A stretch of DNA of 20,000 nucleotides from positions 1,990,496 to 2,010,495 of the forward strand of contig MU053557.1 of the NCBI GenBank assembly GCA_013239625.1. The letters are read 5' to 3'. The stretch comes from Lama guanicoe (lineage: Eukaryota). The translations under genes and the position numbers were made by a program. Numbering within the stretch: position 1 is the first letter of the stretch; each line of letters opens with the position of its first letter. Of this stretch, positions 1 to 10,139 are shown in pieces. The notes beneath the pieces were generated by a model. The model did not search any database. It had not been told where the DNA came from and was given only the letters and a program-made list of their open reading frames with translations.

Positions 1-160
1 CACCTCCCGGCGCTGACATCTTTGGAGCGTTGTCTCGGGAAGGCCAGGCGCCCTCTCTCGTCCCCGCGTGTCGCGTTGGCTTTTCTCACCAGGGGGGCCA
101 CCGGCGCGCGTGCCAAACCTCCGCCTGCTGCGCTCACCCATGCCCTGGCGCCCGGAGGGA
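1..160. promoter_or_regulatory. CpG-rich segment, probably the edge of the SH3RF2 promoter / noncoding first exon / intron 1
   Basis: High GC with many CpGs (ccggcg, cgcgtgtcgcg, ccggcgcgcg) about 1.1 kb upstream of the first coding exon. Confidence 0.55.
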
Positions 161-244
161 CTGGGACCTCTAACGAGGAGGCTTTTCTAAACGGGAGGCT
201 TCAGACATCCGAAAAGAAACTGGAACAAGAATTGTTTTCAGAAT

Positions 245-290
245 ACACACACAGACACACACAGACACACACACACACACACACACACAC
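245..290. repeat. (CA)n microsatellite with two GA interruptions
   Basis: acacacacagacacacacagacacac...acac. Confidence 0.95.
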
Positions 291-455
291 CTGTATATGC
301 AGCTTGGCTTTTGCAAGCTGTGACCACGGTCCAGAGTTCCTGCCTGCTTCACTTGAAACTGGGAACAATTGTCCAAGTAACTAAACAGGCTGTGTGACTT
401 CATCTTATGGGAGGAATATTGTCTCTGAGGCCAAGATAATCAAGGTGTGGAGGCC

Positions 456-529
456 AGAGGAGGAGAGAGAGAGAGAGGGAGAGGGCGAGAAGGGAGGAAG
501 GGAGGAAGAAAAGAAAGAACGAAAAAAAG
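456..529. repeat. Purine-rich (GA/GGA/GAA) low-complexity tract
   Basis: agaggaggagagagagagagagggagagggcgagaagggaggaagggaggaagaaaagaaag. Confidence 0.85.
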
Positions 530-1000
530 TCCAAGCCCCATGGCCTGTAGTTGAGGCAAAACACTTTGTGAAAACTAGTTTCTAGTAGAACTTTTTTTTT
601 TTTTTGCACATTGCTTGAACAAAGTAATGGGGGGAGATATGAAGGAACTAATTCTACAACTGCAGGAGATTCAGGTAAACTTATCTATGTAAACATAACT
701 TGTCTGCATGTGAGGCAGATAAGAGAGAAACTTAAAGGGGAAAAGAAAAAAAGAGTAGAGAGCATCACAGGAATTGCGCCTTGAGGGGCCTTTCATTTGA
801 GAATGGAGAGGGACCGACTGCCCGACTGCTTGGAGCCCTGGCTGGGGGAGAGGGCTTTCTGGGCCTCCTCATCAGGCCAGCTCTGTGTCCCTGCTCTTGC
901 CTTCCACACGGAGAGGCAGTGAGTAAGTAGTCGGTCGCTGTGCTGATTGCTTCCTCAGACCCGCCAGCAGGCAGGAGCAGAGGCTTATACCTGCTAGCAC

Positions 1001-1017
1001 TGAATCAGAATGAGTCA
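1001..1017. promoter_or_regulatory. AP-1 motif (TGAGTCA 1011-1017) with an adjacent variant (TGAATCA 1001-1007)
   Basis: Exact consensus match; function not shown. Confidence 0.35.
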
Positions 1018-1110
1018 TCTGAAACTTGGGAGCTGGAACAAAGTCCTTGCAAACTGCCTTATGAGACAATGCCTTGATGTAGGTGGGAGACACTTCTCGG
1101 AGCAATCATC

Positions 1111-1145
1111 GTTTTTTCCTCCCTCTCCCTTTCTCCTTCCAGCAG
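1111..1145 (+). promoter_or_regulatory. SH3RF2: 3' splice acceptor of the first coding exon (polypyrimidine tract plus tandem CAGCAG)
   Basis: gttttttcctccctctccctttctccttcCAGCAG|gca: about 30 nt of pyrimidines followed by AG at 1141-1142 and 1144-1145. Confidence 0.8.
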
Positions 1146-1241
1146 GCAGACCTTCTGAAACTCTCCAGCCGCTTTGGGCTCAGCTGACCCAACCATGTGG
1201 ACTCTGCCCCTCCAGGTCAGGACCGGAGTTTTAAAATAAAA
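1146..1241 (+). other. SH3RF2: 5' UTR portion of the first coding exon
   Basis: Lies between the acceptor and the ATG at 1242; contains an in-frame stop at 1185-1187. Confidence 0.7.
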
Positions 1242-1619
1242 ATGGATGATGTGACCTTACTTGATCTTCTGGAGTGCCCCGTGTGCCTTGAAAAGCTCGA
1301 TGTCACAGCCAAAGTCCTCCCTTGCCAGCACACCTTCTGCAAACCATGTCTCCAGAGGATTTTCAAGGCCCACAAGGAGCTGAGGTGCCCCGAATGCCGG
1401 ACCCTGGTGTTTTGCAGCATCGAGGCACTGCCGGCCAACCTGCTGCTCGTGCGTCTCCTGGACGGGGTGCGCTCGGGGCCAGGCTCGGGCAGACGGGGCT
1501 CCTTCCGCAGGCCCGGCGTGCTGGCCTCGCAGGACGGCAGGAAAAGCAGGACTCAGCCCGGAGGTCTGCAGTGCAGCCCTTTCCGGCCGGTGCCGAACAT
1601 CAGAGTCCACATGGATGGG
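1242..1619 (+). CDS. SH3RF2: First coding exon of SH3 domain-containing RING finger protein 2 (E3 ubiquitin ligase SH3RF2/POSH3), aa 1-126, including the C3HC4 RING finger
   Basis: Translation [53 protein letters not shown]...NIRVHMDG matches the recalled N-terminus of mammalian SH3RF2. RING ligands are C12, C15, C28, H30, C33, C36, C49, C52. ATG has strong Kozak context (aaaATGg) with an in-frame upstream TGA at 1185-1187. The exon ends at GGG|gtaaga after 378 nt (phase 0), just before the first SH3 domain (VPRAKAL...). Confidence 0.96.
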
Positions 1620-1625
1620 GTAAGA
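1617..1625 (+). promoter_or_regulatory. SH3RF2: 5' splice donor
   Basis: GGG|GTAAGA; protein homology ends here and the ORF runs on into the intron as VRKI-stop. Confidence 0.9.
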
Positions 1626-3844
1626 AAGATCTGATTTGTTCACATCATCGTGTCCACTTGGAGGCTGGGTTTGTGTGCATCGCCCGTGAGAGGTTCTCTT
1701 CTTTTAGTTACATTTCAGAGAGCGCCGCGGAGGATTCCCTGGGGATAGATTTCTGTGGGCGGCGATAGTTGTGCTAGGATTTGGTGGAATCCTGAGCCTC
1801 TCTAATCCATCCGGGAATTCTTAGCATTGTTACAGCTTCCTAGGTTCTCCCTGCTTCTTGTCCAGAAAGTGGTAGGTCAAGGAAAGCCTTCTTGCTTAGA
1901 TTTTTGGTCTCTCATTTCTGCTGTTCTGAGGCCAACCACAGCAGGGGAAATGCAGAGGGTGGGAAAAAGAGAGAAAACAAATCTAACCGCTTGCTGCTTT
2001 TGAGATCTCTGAGAAGTTTCCAAACGTCGGGTTTTGCTTGTATTTTACCCAGATCCATCTTTCCACTCCCAGTCATAAAGCAACATTATGACAATGCTCG
2101 TTCTTAATCGTTCGAGGTTATCAAAGACACCTGATGCCCAAAGTTCATGCGGGAAGGAAGCGGGTATGTGGGTGGAGTGACTGGCAGGACAGGCTGGGCT
2201 GTGAAAGTACAGCAGAGGTGTCCAGGAGCCGTTCTTTAACAAATGCATAGAACACACACAAAATGCACATCGGAGGCTGCAATAAAAAACAAACAGACCC
2301 AGTCGAGCCTCTCAGGAGATCACCCAGCAATGCTTTGGGGGGTTTGGATAATGGGAATTGCTCTGTCCAGCCTTGCAAGCCCATCTTAGGACTTTAACCT
2401 GGCTGTGAGTCTCGTTGTGGGGATCCTGGTAAAGGCACATCTCAAGAGAGGGACGTGGTCTTTGTGACTCCAGCAGGATTATTTGCTGTCACCCCTGGAG
2501 TTAGTGTGTCCAACTGGACATGGCGAGCTGTGGCCTGGATGGTTGGCATTCTTCGAAAGTCTGAGCTGCATTCTGTGTACTCCCACCTACAGGAAGCTAA
2601 TACACCAGCAGCAGAGTCTCACGACTCCCTGCTGTGAAGGGTAGCAGAGGGTGGGAAGGTCTTCCCCGGATTTCTTCCCTAACGAAGGAGAAGAGGCTTG
2701 TGGTGTGCGTTCAGAAAAAGGTTCTAAAATATTCCTCCCAGCAGCTTACGCCTCAGTGGGTTCCCTGCACCTTCAAGGCACCACCCCTGCAGCAGGGGAG
2801 CGTGGAGACATTCTGAGATGAGAGTGGGAAGAAACAGGGCACTGCTGTGATTTCTTTACTGCAGACTTTTGATTGCCATTGTGCTGGTGTGTGCACACAT
2901 TCCAGAAAAGGGCTTGGCGCCCTTCCTTCAGGCTCCTTGCTAGCCCTAGGTCTAGTCATCAATCAGAATCCACAAGTCTGGAAAAGGTGGGGTCAGGGTA
3001 GGGGAGCCAGGTTCTCAGGCAGGCTGTATTTAGAAAGAATCGGGCTCTATCTCATCTGGGGTCAGCAAATCTCCCTTTGAATTCCTGAGACCCTGCAAGC
3101 TCTCCCCTCCCCCACCCTGCAAAGACTGACCTGCCTCCCTGCAGGCGAGAGTACTGCCAATCACTCCCACTCCGAAAGTGTTGCCAGGCTGGGAGGAGGC
3201 ATGTCTCCTATCACCTTGGCCTGTTTGGGTTCATGTTTTCATCTTTTTTTTGATGTGGCCGTGTTGCTAAGAAAAGGTAGCAACAGAAGACTCCACAACT
3301 CCCTCCTTTTTGAACTACAGAGGATTCCCAGGCCCCTCCCAGCATAAGGAGTTGAGGAATTAGAGTTGGTCGGAAGAGACAGCCAGATACCGCACATCCC
3401 TGGGACTCTTTCACAGGGACTTGTAACCTCAGACCAAGGTGCTGGTGACGAGGTTGTGCCCATCCTCTGAGCTGTCCTGGACCGAGTCCTGTCATGAGGC
3501 TGAAATACAGAACCAAGCCACTGAAGGTTCCTGCTTTCAGGCAGGTCCTGGTTTAGTGACGATGCTGCAAGAAGGCAGAGCTCGCAGCCACCCCACCCTC
3601 TACCCATTTCCTTCATTTCCTGAGCCTACCTTTCTCGAAGAGCCTCATCTCATCCCTTTTGCCTTTTCAATGGGAATATGAACGGAGCATTCTTGGATGT
3701 AAATAGGGCTGTAATTCTGCAGCCTGTTCTACTCCCCAAAATATAGCTACCTTTCCTGTAAGTGTGAAAGCAATCATGCGTCCCTCGGATTCAGAGAGTT
3801 GAGGATTATCTGGGAGGCCACCCTGTTCTGAGAGGCAGAGGAAT

Positions 3845-3975
3845 GACCTTGCATCCTCAGCCAGACCCTCACCAAGCTACCTGCCCTCTCAGCCTCAGTT
3901 TACCCACACCCATCAACACTCAATAATACTTGCTACCCTCCTTCCTCCAGGGCAGTGTGAAAATTATCTTTACAA
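3845..3975 (+). mobile_element. MIR SINE fragment
   Basis: caagctacctgccctctcagcctcagttt...aataatacttgctaccct resembles the MIR core. Confidence 0.55.
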
Positions 3976-4044
3976 CATACTCAGATAGCCTGAGAAAACC
4001 TATGTCCTGTAAAGACAAAGCATCATCATTATCATTCATTTAAA

Positions 4045-4215
4045 CTTGCTGTCTGACTTTTGACAAGCTACTTAAGGTTGCTGGATTGCAATTTAAAATT
4101 CTGTAAAATGGGGAAAATGTATTATAAAAACAGAGAAGCATGGTGAGGCTTAACTAATTAGTGCTTGCAGAGCACTTTGAGATCCTTGGATGAAAGGCGT
4201 TTGGAAGATCATTAT
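4045..4215 (+). mobile_element. MIR SINE fragment
   Basis: gctgtctgacttttgacaagctacttaa...ctgtaaaatgggga. Confidence 0.55.
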
Positions 4216-4999
4216 CCTGGTAAACATTATTATTGACTGTTGATTGTGCCCTGCCGGGCATGAGGCATTCTCCAAAACACAGCAGGAGTGACAGCCCTTG
4301 CAGGAGAGCGTAATAGGTATTATTACTGAACTTGAACCTATGACGAGTCCAGGATGGGATAAGACTAAGTGTAAAGTACTCCGCAAAGAGGACATAAATA
4401 ATCTGTTGTCACAGGCTACCATTTTGTACAACGTCTCTCCAGAGGACTCGATGTCAAGGTAGCACTCTGAAAGAGTTCATTTAACTTCCTGTGCAGGAGC
4501 TTTTTAAGCCCAAAGCCTGTTCTGTTCACCTTGGCTCATCTACAAAACAAGCTCACCGAGATCTTTCTGTTGGCTCCAAGAGGCCTGAAACTTCTTGTGC
4601 CAACCAGGATGCTAGGGTGAAACCAACAGCCACACTTCATGGTGCCAGCCCAAGAGAGAAAAAAATAATCCATTGTGCCTGCCTGTCTACAACCCTCCCA
4701 AGCGGATTGTGTAAAAAGAAAACTTGAGAAATGGTTGTAGGTTTCTACAGCGTGCAATGATTTCAAGCCAACAGATAAGATCGGCCGTGTCCCAGAGGGC
4801 TGGCAGCGCAGATCCCACTGGTTCCTGTTCCTTCCCGTACTGCAGCCAAGCCCAGGGATCTCTGCACACATTGGAAAAGATTCTGGGCTCCTGAAAGGCT
4901 GATGTCTTTTCCTCCTCCCTCTGTTTCCCTATACTATTTCTGAATTAGACCAGACAGGAAAGCAGTGAAGCTAAGAATTGGCGAACTTAGGTTCGAAAA

Positions 5000-5210
5000 T
5001 ACCAGAATTCCAGTCCTGATCCTGCCCCTCGGTCGTTGTGTACTTTGGTGAGTCACTTCGACCTCAGGGCCTCCAATTCCCCTTCTGTAAACTGGAGATG
5101 ATAATAGACCTGCCTCCGCAGGCTGATGGGAGAAATCAGTGAGACGATTCATGTCAGTGACTTCTGAGCACAGCGATTGGCTCAGTAAATGTCAGCTGTT
5201 GTCGTTATTA
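5000..5210 (+). mobile_element. MIR SINE
   Basis: tttggtgagtcacttcgacctcagggcctccaattccccttctgtaaactggagatgataatagacctgcctc...ctcagtaaatgtcagctgttgtcgttatta. Confidence 0.75.
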
Positions 5211-6139
5211 AAGCGACTCAACACCGTTCTACTCTAAATTGCACACCATCTCTCACACCTTGTTAACCGAGTGTCATCCAGAGATGGTCCACGGTATGTT
5301 GATTTGGGGCTTGTTTTGTTTGTCTCCAAATGCCCCGTGGCCGTGATTCAGGGGTGTGCTTCCTCCAGTATGCACTGCCTCAGCAGCTCACTTCTGAGAC
5401 CCTTAAGGAGCTAGGAGTTGATTCTAGGAGCGAATTTGCCAACCAGCTTCACTTCCCCAAATGGCAAGCTCAGCGGGGCTCAGCAGATGCAAGGCAAGAA
5501 CCCAGTCCACTTCCCCAGCATCTCTGATTCCCCTTTAACGTCTGTCTCCCCTTTCCCCTGCGTCTCACTCTCCCCAACACAACTGTGGCTGCCCTGGGAC
5601 TCTCCGAAGTCTTTGTTAAGCATCACGCCAACCACATACATTCCTGTCCCTCTCGCCCTACCTCAGCAAGAACGCACCTGCCACCTCCAGCACACAGACC
5701 AGGTGCCTGTGTCCTAGAAACTTTTTCAGCTGGTGTTGCAAGCAGCCCAGGGGGAAAAAAATGAGGTCAGAAGACACACAAGAGAATTGAGGCTGGGCAC
5801 AAACCAGAAGGCATCCAGCCCCTTTCCTTGGTCCCAGCTACTGTGTCCCACTGCAGAGCTGTGACACAGATGGTGGTTACTGCTAAATTTCCAAGGGGAC
5901 TAAAACCATCCCAAGCCCCTGGAAACAGCAGGCAGATGCCACTGGGTCACCGCGGACTGTATGTGGCAAGTGGAGGAAGGCATAAAGAAGGGAGCCGAGG
6001 TTGAGAAGTCGGGACATCCAGATGGTTCTCCAGCTCCACTCACACGTACAAACTTTAAAAAAACCACATGGCCCCAAACCTCTCTCGATGTACCTCCTTT
6101 CTCGTTACAATCCCCTTCCTTTTATTGATGGCTGAAGTG

Positions 6140-6385
6140 TTTAAGGACTGCAGTCAAATGGAGCTGGGTTTGTGCTGGGATTCAATTCTTTGTTAGCTGG
6201 GAGGCCCCAGGCAAGTCACTAACCTCCCTGACACCCAGTTTCCATATTTGTGTAAGAATCAATAAGAACCGGTTCCCCAAATCCATATATCATAAGGCCA
6301 TTGTAAGATTAAAATGAGATAGTGTTTGTGAAAAGCTTAGTCTAGTACCTGGTACATAGTAGGTGCTAATAAATGTTACCGACAG
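6140..6385 (+). mobile_element. MIR SINE, near full length
   Basis: ggcaagtcactaacctccctgacacccagtttcc...aaatgagatagtgtttgtgaaaagcttag...tacctggtacatagtaggtgctaataaatgtt. Confidence 0.8.
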
Positions 6386-6519
6386 TAAATAACAATACAG
6401 CAACAAGAGAGAAGAAAGTGCCGGCATTGGGTTTGGAGTTCTTGTGTTCACACATAAACAGGCAGGGACCTCTTGAAGAAATAAAGCAAAGTGGGTAGCA
6501 AAAGGAAAGGGGCTTCTCA

Positions 6520-6740
6520 GAATGGCAAAACCATCGTGATGGAAAATAGTGGTTTTCAGTGTTGCCAGGGGTTACGGGTTGGAAGAGGATGTAATCTACC
6601 CAGTTCTGAAGGTGGAGGGACTGTCCTGGCTGTGGTGGCAGTTAAATGAATCTATGTATGCGTTAACCTTCATAGGAATTTATACCAAGAGAGAAAAAAT
6701 CAATTTTACTGTATGTTAATGTTTAAAATATTTTTAAAAA
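6520..6740 (+). mobile_element. Ancient L1 (L1MC/L1ME-type) 3' end fragment
   Basis: ggcaaaacc...gtgttgccaggggttacgggttgg...aatcaattttactgtatgttaatgtttaaaata resembles an L1M 3' terminus. Confidence 0.65.
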
Positions 6741-7302
6741 ATGAAATGGAGCTCTTGTACATTTCTTTGAGTGTCCTGCCTAATTTTCACTGGGCCCACT
6801 GTGATTTCCTTTCATCTCTGTGTGTATGGGGTCAATACTGTTTCTGAGAAGGGTTCTGCCATCATTTAAATGATCAGGGGAGTTCATGTAGGTCGGTTCC
6901 TCTCTGTTTTAGGAAACCATTCTATTATCTGCTTCAGTTTTCTCATCAGTTAAAGATGTCTGGCCAAACAGTGGACACATAGAAGCTCACCCCACTGTGG
7001 ATGGCTGAGGCAGGTGGCTGGGGCAGAAGGTTTCCTCAACCTCAATTATCAGCCACATGCACTGGAGCAAGTCCAGGGATTAGCCAATGCATATTTTTAT
7101 GTTGTTTTCGTTTCCTCGTAGGAGAGGTTGCCTGTCCACCTGTCCCTTCAAACTATAAAGAGATTGTGAAACCAGGGAAAGTGCTTGTTCAGCCCTGCAC
7201 TCTCAGTCTCCTTATCCACGAGCTGGGATCAGCTCAAACACAGCTCTCTTCAGCGCCTAATATCTCCCTTTCTCCTTTTAAATTTATGCTTATATATTAG
7301 AC

Positions 7303-7579
7303 CCGCCTTTCACAAAGTGTCGTCTATAAGCTCTTAGATGTTCCATGAAACTCCAAGATCAAACAAACCTGAGATTAAAACAGAGCTAAACACTTTCTCT
7401 TTACTGCAGGACTTTTCAGTGCTTTTAGCATGCTAATGAATTGTGAATCTCTAAGCTGTAGAAAAATAATAAGATCCGTCTCCCAAATTTCTGTGACCGT
7501 GGTACTCCCTCTCCTCCCTTTCATTAGTACCTTGAGTGGTATCAATAATTGTCCACGGAACAAATTTTGGGAAAAGCTA
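7303..7579. mobile_element. Non-autonomous hAT-Charlie-type DNA transposon (MER-type MITE)
   Basis: Degenerate terminal inverted repeats (ccgcctttcacaaagtgt ... acaaattttgggaaaagcta) and internal ctttactgcaggacttttcagtgcttttagcatgctaatgaattgtgaatctc; subfamily uncertain. Confidence 0.5.
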
Positions 7580-7829
7580 TCTCATACTAATGCAGAGGTA
7601 ACTGAGCCCTCAAAGAGAATCTCTTTTGTAATTGGAGACTATTGACTCATTCCAAGAGGAGTTTTTGGCAAGTTCTTGCCACTAGAAGACATTTTTGGGA
7701 AACTGTGAAACTCACCATCACCTCCTTCTGCAGTATTTATTTAACTCCTGTCAGGAGTATCCAGCTTTAGGCCCTCTGAGAAGCTACACAGCAAGGTAAA
7801 GATTATCACCTTGGTAAAGCCAACTATTC

Positions 7830-7895
7830 AGTGTATATGTATCTACGCATATGTGGTATGTATATGTATACACACACGCATATGATACATATATA
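7830..7895. repeat. Mixed TA/TG/CA alternating low-complexity repeat
   Basis: gtgtatatgtatctacgcatatgtggtatgtatatgtatacacacacgcatatgatacatatata. Confidence 0.6.
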
Positions 7896-8039
7896 CCCCC
7901 GATTTAAAGATATTATCTATTATAAGATATATTATGTAGTTATAGCTCTTAAAGCAAAAAAAGAAACACTACCGTGTTACATGCTCACTGTAAGACATAT
8001 CCAATTTTAGAAATGCTAAGATATGAAAAAAGAAATGTC

Positions 8040-8236
8040 TTACTAAAGAGTACATGTTGTCTGATTCCATTTATATAAAATTCTAGGAATGGCACAACCA
8101 TAAACTATAGTGATATTTTGGGGGTAATGCACATGCTTTATGTGGTGCTATATAAGCTTGTCTAAATTCATCAAACTGAACACTTAAAGAGAGTGCTTTT
8201 TTGGGTATGTAAATTATAACCCAATAAAGTGATTAA
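8040..8236 (+). mobile_element. Ancient L1 (L1ME-type) 3' end fragment
   Basis: aaaagagtacatgttgtctgattccatttatataaaattctagg...aattcatcaaactgaacacttaaa...gtatgtaaattataacccaataaagtgatt. Confidence 0.7.
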
Positions 8237-8642
8237 GACAAAGAAGTCTTAGACTCAAGAAATGATGGTTTATGAAAATGTCAGGCGATGAGGTGGTTCA
8301 GTTTAAGGGAAATGAAGTTTGGCCAATAGAGAGAAATTTTCTAGAAAAAAAAAATGGGTGTTTTTAATGGTCAGGGATGAATAGGTAGGTTCTATTCTGG
8401 GCATATGGGTGCAAGGAAAGGCAGGACAGGACAGCAATATCTGGAATAGAATGGAAGTTGGGAGAGAGGGAGAAGGGAACAGATGGAGAGGAGACGGGGT
8501 GACTGGATACCTGCTTCAGAACACCACTAGGAAGGCACATGTCAATTACTCACGGCAGTAAAGTCTCTTCGCAGCTGAGCTGGTTACGTGGCATCACCTG
8601 GTCGATGGGCTGCATCTACCTGATGGATTCAGTGCAGCCAAA

Positions 8643-8685
8643 CAGGGTATCTCTGCTCCAAGCAGGGTATCTCTGCTCCAAGCAG
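8643..8685. repeat. Perfect 20-bp tandem duplication
   Basis: cagggtatctctgctccaag x2 followed by cag. Confidence 0.95.
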
Positions 8686-9104
8686 ATGGCAGAGTTTACT
8701 GGGCAAGTGAGGAGCAGTCTCCACTTCACTGGCAGAGAGAGCCATTCCTTTCCATTGAAGTGGTCAGGTTACCTGACAACCCTAGCACGCAGGGGCATAA
8801 GCCAGCACATCCACAGCAGGTGACAGAACACAGGGCAAGGAAAGACAAGTCCACTCATTGTGAGGAACTTTCCGTCACTTGGGTCTGTGTCAGCCCCCTA
8901 GGGTCACATCACTCCAGATCCCCAGGTCAGAAGCCAGGGCATTCAGCAGACGGTGTCTAAGTGCCTGCTACGTGCCAGGCTCTGTCTCGAAAGCTCACAC
9001 CATTGAAAGCTCATACCAGGCATGCTCATGGGCTCAGACTCCAGGACTCAAATAGTAGCTGAGTTCACGTCAGATCTGTCATTTTCCTAATCTTTTTTCC
9101 AAGC

Positions 9105-9225
9105 ACCAGGAGAACAGGCACCTTGTCTCTCAATACTGTGCTTGGAGTATGCACCCAGCCTAGAGCCTGGCCCCTACTAGGAATCCCAGTATGTGTTTTG
9201 AATGGCTGAATGAATAAATGAACAC
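9105..9225 (+). mobile_element. L2 LINE 3' end
   Basis: gcctagagcctggcccctactagg...tgttttgaatggctgaatgaataaatgaa (TGAA-repeat tail). Confidence 0.6.
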
Positions 9226-9764
9226 ATTCATGTCTCTGGTAGACTTCCTGGAGTCATGGAATAACTCCTCAGGCTGCAGAAATGAAGTCTTCACGAATCG
9301 AGCCATGACAAAGCTATGTGAGGAATGAGCAGCATGAAGTCATGAGGCGGCTGAAATATTCTAGATGGCAAGCACCTTATTCAGTACCTTTTTGGGTGAC
9401 AAACAGCACTGTCCAGAAAACATAGTGCGCCAGGTTCAAAACCACTCAGCTGATGACCTGCTAACCCTAAGAAGACAGGAAATGCCCTTTCCATATGTGG
9501 CCAAACTCCTGAGGCAGACGCCGCAAATTTTAGGTGCTCCTTTGATCTTGGGGGAATCATTTCATGCTGAGTTAATCTACACTTAGTTCCAAGGATACCA
9601 GTGACAGATAGGAAGAGGCACTACGAGAGTCTGAGCTACACTGTTACGAGCTAAGAGTTATGAGCTGAATTGACCTGGCCTCCTACAGGAAGGGAAGGTG
9701 GCATTTCACATGGGAACATGGCCCTGGCACCTCTCATGCTGACACACTTGTTACATATGTATAT

Positions 9765-9945
9765 AATTAAGTTAAAAATATGTATAGCACAAAATTTGCC
9801 ATTTTAGCCATTTTATGTGTACAGGTCAGTGGCGTTAAGTTCATTTACACTGTTGTGCAATCACCACTGCTACCCAGCTCCAGAGCTTTTCATCATCCCA
9901 CACTGAAACTCTGTACCAATTAAACAATAGCTCCCCATTGCCCAC
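9765..9945 (-). mobile_element. L1MB-type 3' end fragment
   Basis: aaaatttgccattttagccattttatgtgtacaggtcagtggcgttaagttcatttacactgttgtgcaatcaccac...ctgaaactctgtaccaattaaacaatagctcccc. Confidence 0.75.
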
Positions 9946-9947
9946 TG

Positions 9948-9992
9948 ATGTGTGTGTGTGTGTGTATGTATACACATATATGTATATATATA
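9948..9992. repeat. (TG)n/(TA)n microsatellite
   Basis: tgtgtgtgtgtgtgtgtgtatgtatacacatatatgtatatatata. Confidence 0.85.
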
Positions 9993-10000
9993 TTTTTAAA

Positions 10001-10139
10001 AATTTTATTTAATCAGGTCTTTTTTGGGGGGTGGGGTGGGTAATTAGGTTTATTTATTAACGGAGATACAGAGAACTGAACCCAGGACCTCGTGCATGCT
10101 AAGCACACACTCTAACACTAAGCTATACCCCCACCCCAC
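10001..10139 (-). mobile_element. tRNA-Ala-derived SINE (camelid Vic-1-like) with target-site duplication
   Basis: Reverse complement reads ggggtatagcttagtgttagagtgtgtgcttagcatgcacgaggtcctgggttcag...aataaataaacctaattaccc...aaaaaa; flanked by the exact direct repeat atatatatttttaaa (9986-10000 and 10140-10154). Confidence 0.85.

Noticed and set aside
22..609. ORFs with HT, CV or E/K-rich repeats
   Set aside because: Translations of the CA microsatellite and the purine tract.
1197..1634. 145-aa ORF as the full protein with a 15-aa N-terminal extension
   Set aside because: It starts at GTG; homology begins at ATG 1242 and ends at the splice donor at 1619. The last residues (VRKI) are intronic.
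1217..1768. Overlapping alternative-frame and antisense ORFs (1217-1438, 1257-1643, 1322-1768)
   Set aside because: Shadow ORFs of a GC-rich coding exon with no recognisable domains.
8643..8685. CRISPR-like repeat array
   Set aside because: Only two adjacent copies with no spacer, in mammalian DNA with no cas genes.
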